Positions 52,375 through 62,777 of a stretch of 64,000 nt of DNA are shown piece by piece; positions within the stretch are counted from its first letter, which is position 1; the number at the start of each line of letters is the position of its first letter. The stretch is from Pirellulales bacterium (lineage in GTDB: Bacteria > Planctomycetota > Planctomycetia > Pirellulales > PALSA-1355): the NCBI GenBank assembly GCA_963733035.1, contig CAVTBU010000005.1:2400001-2464000 (forward strand), written 5' to 3'. Below the pieces are notes generated by a model. The model was not told the DNA's origin, searched no databases, and was given only the letters and a program-made list of their open reading frames with translations. The position numbers and the translations under genes are program-made.

Positions 52375-52929
52375 GTGTCCAAAGCTACCTTCGCCGCTCC
52401 GTCTTCCGCGCCGCTTGCGGAAGACGTGGTCGACCTAAAAGACCCGATCGTCGCCGTGGTTTTGGCCTGGCTCATCCCGGGGCTTGGCCATCTCTATCAG
52501 CGGCGCACGGCCAAGGGTTTGCTGTTCATGATCTGCATCTTGAGCACGTTCATCTTTGGACTGTTCTGCAGCAGCGGACATGCGGTGTATGCCTCGTGGA
52601 CCGATTGGGACCGCCGCCTGCCCTATCTGTGCCAGGTGGGCGTGGGCTTGCCGGCGCTTCCGGCGCTGATGCAAAACTACCTGGTGCGCAGCGGCAAGGC
52701 GCCGCTGTTCGACGGCGCGATGGCGCCGCCTGCCACGCCGCAGGAACTGAACGACTGGTACCGCAAGCTCAACAAGTACTTCGAACTCGGCACGGTCTAT
52801 ACGATGATCGCCGGGCTGTTAAATGTGCTGGCGATCTACGATGCCTGGGGCGGTCCGGTACAGATGGTCGAGTCCGACGATCGAAAGAAGAAGCCGGATG
52901 ACAATCCTGAAACGCCTCCCAGCAGTTAG
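52375..52929 (+). CDS. Conserved membrane protein (DUF6677/TM2-like)
   Basis: LAWLIPGLGHLYQ and ELGTVYTMIAGLLNVLAIYDA motifs; GTG start after GGAG. Confidence 0.75.
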   Translation: MSKATFAAPSSAPLAEDVVDLKDPIVAVVLAWLIPGLGHLYQRRTAKGLLFMICILSTFIFGLFCSSGHAVYASWTDWDRRLPYLCQVGVGLPALPALMQNYLVRSGKAPLFDGAMAPPATPQELNDWYRKLNKYFELGTVYTMIAGLLNVLAIYDAWGGPVQMVESDDRKKKPDDNPETPPSS

Positions 52930-52944
52930 CGCCGGAGAATAACG

Positions 52945-53151
52945 ATGTTTGCACTTCAGCTACCGCTGGCCGAGATCGACATGATGTGGTACGCGGTCCC
53001 ACTGATCCTGGTGATTAGCCTGGTGTACGCCGCCACGCATCACGAGGCGATGGGCGCAATTCTGCAACATGCGGCGAGGCTGGCGCTGATGATCAGCGGT
53101 TTCATGCTGGCCATCATGGTCGTGCTGGCGATCGTCTCCTGGCAGCTTTAA
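52945..53151 (+). CDS. Small membrane protein
   Basis: GGAG RBS, two TM segments and an SLVYAATHHE motif. Confidence 0.7.
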   Translation: MFALQLPLAEIDMMWYAVPLILVISLVYAATHHEAMGAILQHAARLALMISGFMLAIMVVLAIVSWQL

Positions 53152-53310
53152 ACCCGCGCCGCGGCCAACCGAGCCTCTTCGACGGGACCCGACTGCCGCC
53201 ATTCGGGGCGCGCGTCCTGCGTGGCCTATAATTCCCTCGCGGACGTTTGACTCCCCGCGCTGCGAATTGACGGATTGCCCGTGGCATCGCATCCGAAAGG
53301 ATCACGAGAT

Positions 53311-53580
53311 ATGGGAATCGCCGAATTCTTTGCTTGGATCGGGTTCGGATTGATTGTCGGCATGATCGCCCGGTTCCTCTGGCCGGGTCGGCAGCCGGTG
53401 GGTTGCCTGGGCACGGTGCTGTTGGGCGTGTCCGGCTCGATTGTGGGAGGCGCGATAACATACGCGCTAACCGGCGGACCAGCGCGCGACTATCACCCTG
53501 CCAGTTGGCTGATGTCGATTGTCGGCGCCATCCTGGTGCTGTGGGTTTTCGGTGCGACACGCGGGCGAGATGCTCCCTAG
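53311..53580 (+). CDS. GlsB/YeaQ/YmgE (transglycosylase-associated) membrane protein
   Basis: WIGFGLIVGMIARFLWPG...SIVGAILVL. Confidence 0.88.
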   Translation: MGIAEFFAWIGFGLIVGMIARFLWPGRQPVGCLGTVLLGVSGSIVGGAITYALTGGPARDYHPASWLMSIVGAILVLWVFGATRGRDAP

Positions 53581-53822
53581 CGCAGGTGCCAAAAGGGCGC
53601 CTTTTCCCGCACGCCGGTGTGCTCGCCGGGCTGTGACAGGTGCCCCGATCGGGCCGGTTTTGCCGGCGGTTTTCGCAACAGACGCGTGCGTAAATCCTTG
53701 CAATCGACGGACCCGCGCGCGACAATGAGTTTTGGAGCGGCGCAGCACCGGTTGGCCGGGCCACGAGGGCCAAAGCCGGGCGGAACAGAGTCCATTTTAA
53801 ATTTTGTCGTTCGGTGGCAAGC

Positions 53823-54860
53823 ATGTCGAGCGCTCTAGTTGCGCCTGAAGAGGCCGAACCCGCGGTGACCGAGCAGATGCTCGAGTTCCTGCCCTCTTGG
53901 CTGGTCTCGCTGGTGGTGCATTTGACGCTGGTGCTCTTGCTGGCGCTGCTCACGGTATTTGGTGAGGGCGGCTTTCATCGCAACACCATCGTGCTCGATT
54001 GCGAGACGGCGGGCCCCGACGGCACGGCCGACGACGAGCTCCTCGCCGCATCCCTCGAGATGCCCAGCGAGTTGGCAGCTCCCGAAGAAATCGAACTTGA
54101 GCCTCAGGAAGTTGCCGACCTGGCGGCCATTTCGCCCGACACGCTGTCTCCGATCGAACTGGTGAGTCCCACGGCCGGCCAGACTAGCGCCGCGCCCAAG
54201 GAAGTAGCCCCCGAAGGCAAAGGGGCCGCGCCGGCACAAACGGCTATCTTTGGCTTGGCGGGCGAGGGCTCCGACTTTGTTTACGTGTTCGACCGCTCGC
54301 AGAGCATGAACTCCACGCTCTCATTTCAGAGCGAGGGCGAAACGGTCTTTACCGTCACGCCTCTACAGGCCGCCAAGGCCGAGTTGCTACGCAGCCTCGG
54401 AGACCTGGGTCCGGAAAACCGCTTTCATATTCTCTTCTACAACCATGAAATGTGGATGTTCGACCCGGGCCGCAGCGCGCATCGGGGGCTGATCGTCGCC
54501 ACGCCCGAGAACAAACACCGCGCCACGGCGTTCATCCGCAGCGTCTACGGCGACGGGCAAACGCGGCACGTGCCGCCGCTGGAAGCAGCCATTCGCATGC
54601 GGCCAGACGTCATCTTTTTGCTGACCGACGGCGAGGACAAGGACGACCCCACGCCGGCCGAACTGGCGCGGCTTCGAAAACTGAACGGCGGGCGATCGAA
54701 GATCAACGTCGTGCAGTTCTGCTATGAGCCGCGGACCGACGGAGCCCTGGTGACGCTGGCCAATGAAAACGGCGGGCGGCACATTTTCATGAACATCGCG
54801 CAGATGGGCCCCAGCCTGGCCGGCATGGCACAGGCCAAACCTCCGGCACCAAATCCTTAG
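53823..54860 (+). CDS. Membrane-anchored von Willebrand factor A domain protein
   Basis: PSWLVSLVVH TM segment; MIDAS VFDRSQSM and FLLTDG. Confidence 0.82.
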   Translation: MSSALVAPEEAEPAVTEQMLEFLPSWLVSLVVHLTLVLLLALLTVFGEGGFHRNTIVLDCETAGPDGTADDELLAASLEMPSELAAPEEIELEPQEVADLAAISPDTLSPIELVSPTAGQTSAAPKEVAPEGKGAAPAQTAIFGLAGEGSDFVYVFDRSQSMNSTLSFQSEGETVFTVTPLQAAKAELLRSLGDLGPENRFHILFYNHEMWMFDPGRSAHRGLIVATPENKHRATAFIRSVYGDGQTRHVPPLEAAIRMRPDVIFLLTDGEDKDDPTPAELARLRKLNGGRSKINVVQFCYEPRTDGALVTLANENGGRHIFMNIAQMGPSLAGMAQAKPPAPNP

Positions 54861-55042
54861 CCCGCGCGGCGCCTGGCTGCCGAACCCAAGGACGGCGGCG
54901 AGCGTCTTGTGGCGGCTTGCCGCATATTCGCTCGGCCCGCGCGTGATGCTTCGAACGGCGCTTGAGCTCCGTTTGCAAACCGCCCGCCGTTGGGCTATAT
55001 CTGGCAGTTTGCCTTTCATTCGGTCTTCGAGAGTATGGATCC

Positions 55043-56728
55043 ATGGCGCTTAACAAGTACAGCTCGCGCATCACGCAACCCAAATCGCAAGGCGCCAGCC
55101 AGGCCATGCTCTATGGCACGGGCCTGACGCGCGAGGACATGGACAAGCCGCAAGTCGGCATCGCCAGCGTCTGGTATGAGGGCAATACCTGCAACATGCA
55201 CTTGAACGACCTGGCCGCCAAGGTCAAGGAAGGGGTCAAGGCGGCTGGCATGGTCGGCATGCGATTCAATACCATCGGCGTTAGCGACGGGATCTCGATG
55301 GGTACCGAGGGAATGTGCTACTCGCTGCAATCGCGCGACTTGATCGCCGACTCGATCGAAACCGTGATGGGCGCCCAGTGGTACGACGCCAACATCTCGA
55401 TTCCTGGTTGCGACAAGAACATGCCCGGCTGCCTGATCGCCATGGGCCGGCTCAATCGTCCCTCGCTGATGGTCTACGGCGGCACGATCAAGCCGGGCCA
55501 TCGCATGCACGACGGCCAGGACGAAAAGCTCGACGTCGTCTCGGCGTTCCAATGCTACGGCGAGTACCTGGCCGGCACGCTCGACGAAAAAGGGCGCGAG
55601 GAAGTCGTGGCCAAAGCCTGCCCGGCGCGGGCGCCTGTGGCGGCATGTACACGGCCAATACCATGGCCTCGGCCATCGAAGCGATGGGCATGGCGCTGCC
55701 CTATAGCTCGTCGATCCCGGCTGTCGATCCGGCCAAGATCGACGAATGCCACCGGGCCGGGGCCGCCATTCGCGTTTGCCTCGAAAAAGACATTAAACCG
55801 CGCGACGTCATGACCCGAGCGGCATTCGAGAACGCGATGATCGTGGTGATGGCTCTGGGCGGTTCGACCAACGCGGTGTTGCATTTGATTGCCATGGCGC
55901 GCGCCGTGGACGTGCCGTTGACGATCGACGATTTCCAGAAGGTGAGCGATCGAATTCCGTTCCTGGCCGATCTGAAACCCAGTGGCAAGTACGTGCAGGA
56001 AGACCTGCACAACGTCGGCGGCACGCCGGCGGTGATGAAGTACTTGTTGGAAAAAGGGTTGCTCGACGGCAGTTGCCTCACGGTAACCGGCAAGACCATC
56101 GCCGAAAACCTGGCCGATCTGCCCGGATTCAAGGCCGGCCAAGACGTGTTCCACACGCTCGAAGACCCGATCAAGCCGACCGGTCACATTCAAATTCTGC
56201 GCGGCAATTTGGCGCCCGACCGGCGCCGTGGCCAAGATCACCGGCAAGGAGGGCCTGCGGTTCAGCGGGCCGGCCAAGGTCTACGACGGCGAGGAAGATA
56301 TGCTGCACGCCCTGGAGCGCAAGGAAATCGTCAAAGGGGACGTGGTGATCATTCGCTATGAGGGTCCCAAGGGGGGCCCCGGCATGCCGGAAATGCTGAC
56401 GCCGACCTCCGCCATCATGGGCGCCGGCCTGGGCAAGGACGTCGCCCTGATCACCGACGGACGATTTTCCGGCGGCTCGCACGGCTTCATCGTCGGGCAC
56501 GTGACGCCCGAGGCTCAAGAAGGTGGCCCGATCGGGCTGGTCAAAAGCGGCGACATTGTGACGCTCGATGCGACGAAGAACGAGATTTCGGTCGCCGTAT
56601 CGGACGAGGAGATGGCCCGCCGCCGCGAGAAATGGCAGACGCCCCCCTTCAAGTTTACCCGCGGCACGCTCTACAAATACATCAAGAACGTGAAGAGCGC
56701 TTCGGAAGGCTGCGTGACGGACGAATAG
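55043..56728 (+). CDS. ilvD: Dihydroxy-acid dehydratase, with two frameshifts (about 55622 and 56220)
   Basis: [44 protein letters not shown] and TDGRFSG motifs, spread over three ORFs. Confidence 0.93.
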
Positions 56729-57067
56729 CTCGTCGGTCACGTTTTCGAAGTGTGCGCAACTCGATCGTCGACTTCCGATTTTGCGCTCGCGATTGTTGCG
56801 CTGTTGGGCGCCTTCGCCGCTTGGCGCAGTTGTCGCAGGAGAGAACTTTCACGCTCTCGGGGCGCTTTTGGACGGAACTCACCTTGACGCGCTTCGGGAA
56901 GAACGGTTCAATTCGCGAACTTAGGTGAGACGAAGAGGCGCCGCCTCCGGCGCTTTTTGCGACGCGAGTGTTTGCTCGCTTCGCTTATGGCGGATTTCCC
57001 TGCCCGGGTGCCCACGGGGAAACGCATACTAAGAAGTCCGGGTACCCCTAATCGAGGAGCCACGGAA

Positions 57068-57208
57068 ATGGCAACCAAGAAGTCGACGAAGAAGGCCACC
57101 AAGACTCCGGCGAAGAAGGCGGCCAAGAAGACCGCCACCCGTTCGCCGAAGAAGAAGGCGGCCGCCAAGAAGACGGTCAAGAAAGCCGCCAAGGGCAAGA
57201 AGAAGTAA
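57068..57208 (+). CDS. Small Lys/Ala-rich histone H1/Hc-like basic protein (46 aa)
   Basis: GAGGAG RBS; MATKKSTKKATKTPAKKAAKK...KGKKK; followed by its own terminator. Confidence 0.8.
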   Translation: MATKKSTKKATKTPAKKAAKKTATRSPKKKAAAKKTVKKAAKGKKK

Positions 57209-57241
57209 ATCGCTTCTTGTGCAACGGAATACCGACGAGAA

Positions 57242-57282
57242 AGGCCGGCTCCCTGGTCGATCAGGGAGCCGGCCTATGTTTT
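57242..57282 (+). terminator. Intrinsic terminator
   Basis: Perfect 14-bp stem AGGCCGGCTCCCTG / CAGGGAGCCGGCCT followed by ATGTTTT. Confidence 0.8.
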
Positions 57283-57554
57283 GCGCGTCAAGCAACACGA
57301 ACTCCGGCACGACCGCTTCGACCGGCGTGGGCGCCACGCCCCCGATACCATGCGTTGCCGGCTTTTGGCCCATTTCAGCCCTTTTCAGTCGAAACCGACG
57401 GGGGCGAGCGGCGTCCAGCGCAAACGGGGCGCGGTTGACGAAAACCTTGTTGGCCGCTAGAGTTAGAGTATCAAAGTGGATCGCAATATCCCCTCCCGGT
57501 TGCGGACTGGCTGCGACCGATCGTTCTCCTCCGCCAGTTGTGTTGGTAGTTGCG

Positions 57555-58865
57555 TTGCAAAGTAGCACGAAAGAGAAAACCCCGCCCGCAAGCTCTTCTT
57601 CCGGATTTGATGGCCTGTCGCTTTCCGAAACCATGATGGTGGCTTTGGGGAAAGCCGGCTATCTCGAACCCACGCCGATCCAAGCCGGGTTGATCCCGCG
57701 CGCCATGGAGAGTGTCGACGTATTGGGCCAGGCTCGCACCGGCACCGGCAAGACCGCGGCGTTCGTCATTCCGATCCTTGAGAAAGTTCAAAACGGCAAG
57801 AAGTCGCAAGGGCCCCAGGCGTTGATCCTGGTGCCCACCCGCGAATTGGCCGTCCAGGTTCGCGAGGAAGTGGTGAAGCTGGCTCACGGCCGCAAGATTC
57901 ACTCGGTGGCCGTGTACGGCGGCAAGCCGATCCGTGGCCAGATCGAAAAGCTCTCGCGAGGTGCCGAGGTCGTCATTGGCACGCCCGGCCGCGTGCTCGA
58001 TCACATGGGCCGCGGCACGCTCCGGCTCGACGATCTGCAAATCGTCGTGCTCGACGAAGCCGACCGGATGCTCGATATTGGCTTTCGCCCGGACATCGAA
58101 AAGATCTTGCGCCGTTGTCCTCGCTCGCGGCAAACGCTGCTGCTGAGTGCCACGGTGCCGCCGCCGGTCGAGCGGCTGGCCAAATCGTACATGCACGATC
58201 CCGAGACGCTCAACTTCTCGCCCAGCGACATTTCGGTGCACACGATCGAGCAGTTCTATTGCACGGTCGATGGCGATCGGAAGTTCGACCTACTGGAGCA
58301 TCTGCTCAAGCGCGAACAGCCGCAGCAGGCGATCGTGTTCTGCCGCACCAAACGGGGCACCGACAAGGTCGAGCGGCGGCTTACGAAGCGCTTCGAGGGC
58401 GTGGCCTGCATCCACGGCGATCTGGCGCAGAGTCGGCGCGATCGGGCCATGGCCGCCTTTCGCGAAGGGAAGGTCAAGATCCTCGTGGCCACCGACGTGG
58501 TCGGCCGGGGCATCGACGTCACCGGCATTTCACACATCTTCAATTACGACATCCCCCAGTTCTGCGACGACTACGTGCATCGCGTCGGTCGTACCGGCCG
58601 AATGGGTCGCGAGGGCGTGGCCTACACGTTCGTCACACCCGAAGAAGGCAACGAACTGACGCGGATCGAAATGCGGATCGACAAACTGCTGGTCCGCGAC
58701 GAAGTGCCCGGTTTCGCCACGGTCAGGGTCGAAGCCAACGCCGGCCGCCCCGTAGCCACCGAAGACGGCACTGCTCCGGCACCCGAGCCCGAACCGCCCA
58801 AGAAGCCCGCCCCGCTGCTCGGCCGCGGTGGCCGCCCGCCCAAGCGTTTTCGCCGGGCTCTGTAA
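57555..58865 (+). CDS. DEAD-box RNA helicase
   Basis: Q motif PTPIQ, ARTGTGKT, PTRELA, DEAD, SAT and HRVGRTGR. The start is inferred (TTG 57555). Confidence 0.95.
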   Translation: MQSSTKEKTPPASSSSGFDGLSLSETMMVALGKAGYLEPTPIQAGLIPRAMESVDVLGQARTGTGKTAAFVIPILEKVQNGKKSQGPQALILVPTRELAVQVREEVVKLAHGRKIHSVAVYGGKPIRGQIEKLSRGAEVVIGTPGRVLDHMGRGTLRLDDLQIVVLDEADRMLDIGFRPDIEKILRRCPRSRQTLLLSATVPPPVERLAKSYMHDPETLNFSPSDISVHTIEQFYCTVDGDRKFDLLEHLLKREQPQQAIVFCRTKRGTDKVERRLTKRFEGVACIHGDLAQSRRDRAMAAFREGKVKILVATDVVGRGIDVTGISHIFNYDIPQFCDDYVHRVGRTGRMGREGVAYTFVTPEEGNELTRIEMRIDKLLVRDEVPGFATVRVEANAGRPVATEDGTAPAPEPEPPKKPAPLLGRGGRPPKRFRRAL

Positions 58866-58967
58866 TTCGCCGCGCGGAATGCACGGGGCACGAGCCGGCG
58901 TGAATTACAATGGACTTGTGCGACCGCTCCCCGCGCCGCCCACGTTCTCCTCTGGCAATTGCTGGCC

Positions 58968-60242
58968 ATGACACGACGGCTAAAACCGCTGATCGCGCTG
59001 CTCGGGCTTGCCCTGGTGCTGTCGTCGTCGGTCGCAGGCGCGGCCGATCCACCGGGATTGCGCACGCTCTCGTCCCAGCACCTGACGCTCGTCACCGATC
59101 TACCGTCGGATGCCGAACTCGACGCGCTGCCGGGGTACTTCGATCAGGCGTTTACCCAGTGGTGCGAGTACTTTGGGGTCGATTCCGCGGCTCATGCCGA
59201 CTGGCACGCGAAGGGCCACCTAATGCAATCACGCGAGCGGTTCCAGGCCGCGGGCCTGTTGCCGGCGGAGCTGCCCGAGTTCACGACTGGGTATTCGTTC
59301 AACGACACGTTCTGGATCTACGACCAAACCAGTGTGTACTATCGTCGCCAGTTGCTCCTGCACGAGGGGACTCACTCGTTCATGAATGTCCTGCTCGGCG
59401 GCACCGGTCCCCCGTGGTATGCCGAGGGAACCGCGGAGCTTCTCAGCACGCATCGCCTGGCTGACGGCCAGATCCAACTCAATGTCATACCTCGCGACCG
59501 CGAGGAAGTGCCCAAGTGGGGGCGCATCGAAGTGGTGCAAAACGATTTTGCCCAGAGGCACGCGCTGACATTGGCCAAGGTCTTTAATCTCTCGGGCACG
59601 GTGCACGGCACCATCGAGAACTACGGTTGGTGCTGGGCGGCTGCGGCGTTTCTCGAACACCACCCGCGCTATCACGACCGCTTCCGACAATTGCACGTCC
59701 ATCTGCGTCAGCCCGACTTTGCCGAGCGGGTGGATGCAACCTTTGCCGACGACCGGGCGCGGCTTGACGAAGACTGGCAGATCTTCGTGGCCGACATCGA
59801 CTACGGCTACGATTTCTCCCGCGCCGAAGTGTCTTATGCCGCGGGCAAGCCGCTTGCCACTCGGCAAGCGAACCTGACCGTGGCCGCGGATCGTGGTTGG
59901 CAGGCGAGTGGGATTGCTCTGGAAGCGGGCCGGAAATATCGCCTCCGGGCCTCGGGCCGCTATCAAGTGGTCGGCGGAGAATCACCCTGGATGAGCGAGC
60001 CCGGCGGCGTCACGCTGCGCTACGTGCGGGGCAAGCCGTTGGGGTGCTTGCTATACGCCTTGCGTCCGGACGATCCGGCCGCCAAACGTCCGAGCGGATT
60101 GATCCGACCGCTGGTCGCGGGACTCGAAACCACGTTGACCTCATCGCAAAGCGGAACACTCTATTTCCGTATCAACGACTCAGCCGGCGAGCTGTCCGAT
60201 AATGCCGGCGCGGCCGAAGTGGAGATCACGGCGCTGCCGTGA
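58968..60242 (+). CDS. Exported zinc-metallopeptidase-like protein (DUF1570-like) with a C-terminal beta-sandwich
   Basis: Signal peptide; HEGTH and PWYAEGTAE (HExxH...E). Confidence 0.72.
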   Translation: MTRRLKPLIALLGLALVLSSSVAGAADPPGLRTLSSQHLTLVTDLPSDAELDALPGYFDQAFTQWCEYFGVDSAAHADWHAKGHLMQSRERFQAAGLLPAELPEFTTGYSFNDTFWIYDQTSVYYRRQLLLHEGTHSFMNVLLGGTGPPWYAEGTAELLSTHRLADGQIQLNVIPRDREEVPKWGRIEVVQNDFAQRHALTLAKVFNLSGTVHGTIENYGWCWAAAAFLEHHPRYHDRFRQLHVHLRQPDFAERVDATFADDRARLDEDWQIFVADIDYGYDFSRAEVSYAAGKPLATRQANLTVAADRGWQASGIALEAGRKYRLRASGRYQVVGGESPWMSEPGGVTLRYVRGKPLGCLLYALRPDDPAAKRPSGLIRPLVAGLETTLTSSQSGTLYFRINDSAGELSDNAGAAEVEITALP

Positions 60243-60442
60243 TCAGCGACTTCCGCGCGGCGTTCGGCCTCGCTCGATAACGACGCCTGGCCCGCATCGG
60301 CGCGCCGTCCCCCGGACTCGGCCTATGCTATTTAGGATGGACTGCCGGCGGGATAGACGCCAATTGACGATTCGCGGCATGTGCCCGACAATGTGACATC
60401 CTGATCTGCTTTGTCCGCTCTCCTGGGGGGAATTTCCGTCCC

Positions 60443-61711
60443 ATGAATTTTATTCTCGAAGAAGACCCCGAGGTCTGGACTGCCATTGCCGAGGAAATTG
60501 ATCGGCAGCAGGACGGCCTGGAAATGATCGCCAGCGAAAACTACACGAGCCCCGCCGTAATGCAGGCCGTGGGCAGCGTGCTGACGAATAAATATGCCGA
60601 GGGCTATCCGGGCCGCCGCTATTACGGCGGTTGCGAGCACGTCGACGTGATCGAAAATCTGGCGCGTGACAGGGCCAAGAAGCTGTTCGGTGCCGAACAC
60701 GCCAACGTGCAACCCCACTCGGGCAGCCAGGCGAACTTTGCCGTCTACATGACCGCCCTCCAGCCCGGCGACACCGTGCTGGGGCTCGATCTGGCACACG
60801 GCGGCCACCTGACGCACGGAATGAAGCTGAACATCTCGGGCATCCTCTATCACTTCGTTAGTTACGGCGTGAAGTCGGACGACCATCGCATCGACTTCGA
60901 CCAGGTGGCCCGGCTGGCCCGCGAGCACAAACCGAAAATGATCGTGGCCGGCGCCAGTGCTTACCCGCGCGAGATTCCCCACGGCAAGTTTGCCGAGATT
61001 GCTCGCGAAGTTGGCGCCAAGCTATTCGTCGACATGGCACACTACGCGGGCCTGGTCGCCGCCGGACTGCATGACAACCCGGTGCCCGTGGCCGACTTTG
61101 TCACCACCACCACGCACAAAACGCTCCGCGGACCTCGCGCCGGTTTGTCGATGTGCAAGGCCGAGTACGCCAAGGATCTCGATCGTTCCGTCTTTCCGGG
61201 TATCCAGGGCGGGCCGCTGATGCACGTGATTGCCGGCAAGGCAATTTGTTTCGGCGAGGCTCTGCGCCCCGACTTCAAACAATACGGGCAGGCGATCATC
61301 GACAATGCCAAGACGCTGGCCGAAGAGCTGATGGCCGGCGGCCTGCGACTCGTCAGCGACGGCACCGACAACCATCTCTTGCTGATCGACGTCACCGCCG
61401 TCGGTTTGGGCGGCAAGCAGGCCGAAGCCGTGCTCGACACCGTGGGAATTACCGTCAATAAGAACATGATTCCCTACGACGAGCGCAAACCAATGGACCC
61501 CTCGGGCATTCGTGTCGGCACACCGGCGCTCACCACGCGCGGCATGGGGCCCGACGAAATGAAGAAAATTGCCGGCTGGATGTTCGCGGCGCTCAAGTCT
61601 CCAGACGACGCAAAGTTGCACACCGAGATTCGCGGAGACGTGTTCGACCTGTGCGAGAGCTTTCCCGTGCCCGCCGCGCGGCTGTCCGAGGTCGATGCCG
61701 ACGAAGTCTGA
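60443..61711 (+). CDS. glyA: Serine hydroxymethyltransferase
   Basis: [28 protein letters not shown] and [11 protein letters not shown] motifs. Confidence 0.98.
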   Translation: MNFILEEDPEVWTAIAEEIDRQQDGLEMIASENYTSPAVMQAVGSVLTNKYAEGYPGRRYYGGCEHVDVIENLARDRAKKLFGAEHANVQPHSGSQANFAVYMTALQPGDTVLGLDLAHGGHLTHGMKLNISGILYHFVSYGVKSDDHRIDFDQVARLAREHKPKMIVAGASAYPREIPHGKFAEIAREVGAKLFVDMAHYAGLVAAGLHDNPVPVADFVTTTTHKTLRGPRAGLSMCKAEYAKDLDRSVFPGIQGGPLMHVIAGKAICFGEALRPDFKQYGQAIIDNAKTLAEELMAGGLRLVSDGTDNHLLLIDVTAVGLGGKQAEAVLDTVGITVNKNMIPYDERKPMDPSGIRVGTPALTTRGMGPDEMKKIAGWMFAALKSPDDAKLHTEIRGDVFDLCESFPVPAARLSEVDADEV

Positions 61712-61887
61712 GCGCATCGGCGCTACGTTGGCCGATAGGCCTCCAAGGGCTGCGCGACCAGCGACCGCCCCCTGGGCGCCGGTGGCACTGCGCCCCAGGC
61801 AGGCTCGATCGCTTGACCGCAACATAAACGCAGCGGTCTTCTCCGGATAGGAAGGCCGCGACTACGCCGGACGGATTTGACGCGTTT

Positions 61888-61902
61888 TGGCATAAGGCTT
61901 GC
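61888..61902 (+). promoter_or_regulatory. Candidate sigma54 (-24/-12) promoter
   Basis: TGGCATAAGGCTTGC fits TGGCAC-N5-TTGC with exact GG-N10-GC spacing. Confidence 0.6.
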
Positions 61903-61913
61903 CCATCGTACAC

Positions 61914-62064
61914 ATTCGCAAGGGCAGCACTTCTGCCGGCCAAAGAGTGGTTCTTTACCTGTCGTCCGTCGTACTGCGATGCGATCGGATGTGGGAAGAA
62001 AAGCACTTCTTGGAAACTTCGGTTCGTTCGAATCGAAGCAGAGGTGGCTGTCCTTGCGTTTTTT
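61914..62064 (+). ncRNA. Candidate ~150-nt structured small RNA
   Basis: The 5' and 3' ends pair over about 20 bp and enclose a long imperfect hairpin and a side hairpin. It ends in T6 and starts at the predicted sigma54 +1. Confidence 0.55.
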
Positions 62065-62186
62065 CTTGCGCCGCCAGCATGGCATCCGCGCGCTTGCGAA
62101 CTCCCATTCTCCCGGCACGCCGCGAGCCCTATAATCGGACAGTTGAACTTGCAGCTTGAAGTTGATCTGTCAGCCACGGAAGTGCC

Positions 62187-62645
62187 ATGCCTGAAACGTC
62201 CCCCAAGAGCCGGATCCTGATTGCCGACGACAACGGTCCCAACGTCGAACTGCTGGAGGCGTATCTCAGCGGGCTCGACGTCGAGGTGGCCGTGGCCGTC
62301 GACGGGCGGGATACCTTGGAAAAGGTCGCCTCTTTTCAGCCCGATCTGATCCTGCTCGACGTGATGATGCCAAAGCTCAGCGGCTTCGAGGTCTGCGAGA
62401 AACTGAAGTCCGACCCCGCGACCAGCGGCATTATGATTCTGATGGTCACGGCGCTAAACGAACTGGGTGACATCGAGCGGGCCGTGGAAGTTGGCACCGA
62501 CGATTTCCTGAGCAAGCCGGTCAACAAGCTCGAACTGCTCAAGCGCGTGGAGAACATGCTCAAGCTGCACCATGTAACCGACGAAGTGGAACGGCTGCGC
62601 CAGTACATCGCCCAGATGGAAGACGCCACGGGTCCGAGGTGCTAG
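62187..62645 (+). CDS. Single-domain response regulator (receiver plus short coiled coil)
   Basis: ILIADD, DLILLDVMMP and DDFLSKP motifs. Confidence 0.93.
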   Translation: MPETSPKSRILIADDNGPNVELLEAYLSGLDVEVAVAVDGRDTLEKVASFQPDLILLDVMMPKLSGFEVCEKLKSDPATSGIMILMVTALNELGDIERAVEVGTDDFLSKPVNKLELLKRVENMLKLHHVTDEVERLRQYIAQMEDATGPRC

Positions 62646-62777
62646 CAGCGCACGTCGCCAATGCGTGACTGGTCTTGCTCCGACTCCCGCAACTGGGTAT
62701 ACGAATCGTCCACCAAGAGTCGGGCAGCTAGCGGCGGATTGCTTTCTTTTTGAGCCTTTGAGACAAGGACGTCTCCC

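Noticed and set aside
57219..57554. N-terminal extension of the DEAD-box helicase in the ORF track
   Set aside because: It runs through the upstream terminator and probable promoter region; helicase homology begins just before the Q motif.
60300..60442. Possible ZTP (pfl), glycine or THF riboswitch upstream of glyA
   Set aside because: A short AGGATG/CATCCT pairing exists, but I could not find the conserved cores of these riboswitches. An Infernal scan would settle it.
61914..62064. Definite call as 6S RNA
   Set aside because: It is shorter than typical 6S RNA and lacks a large two-sided central bubble, so it is kept only as an unnamed sRNA candidate.
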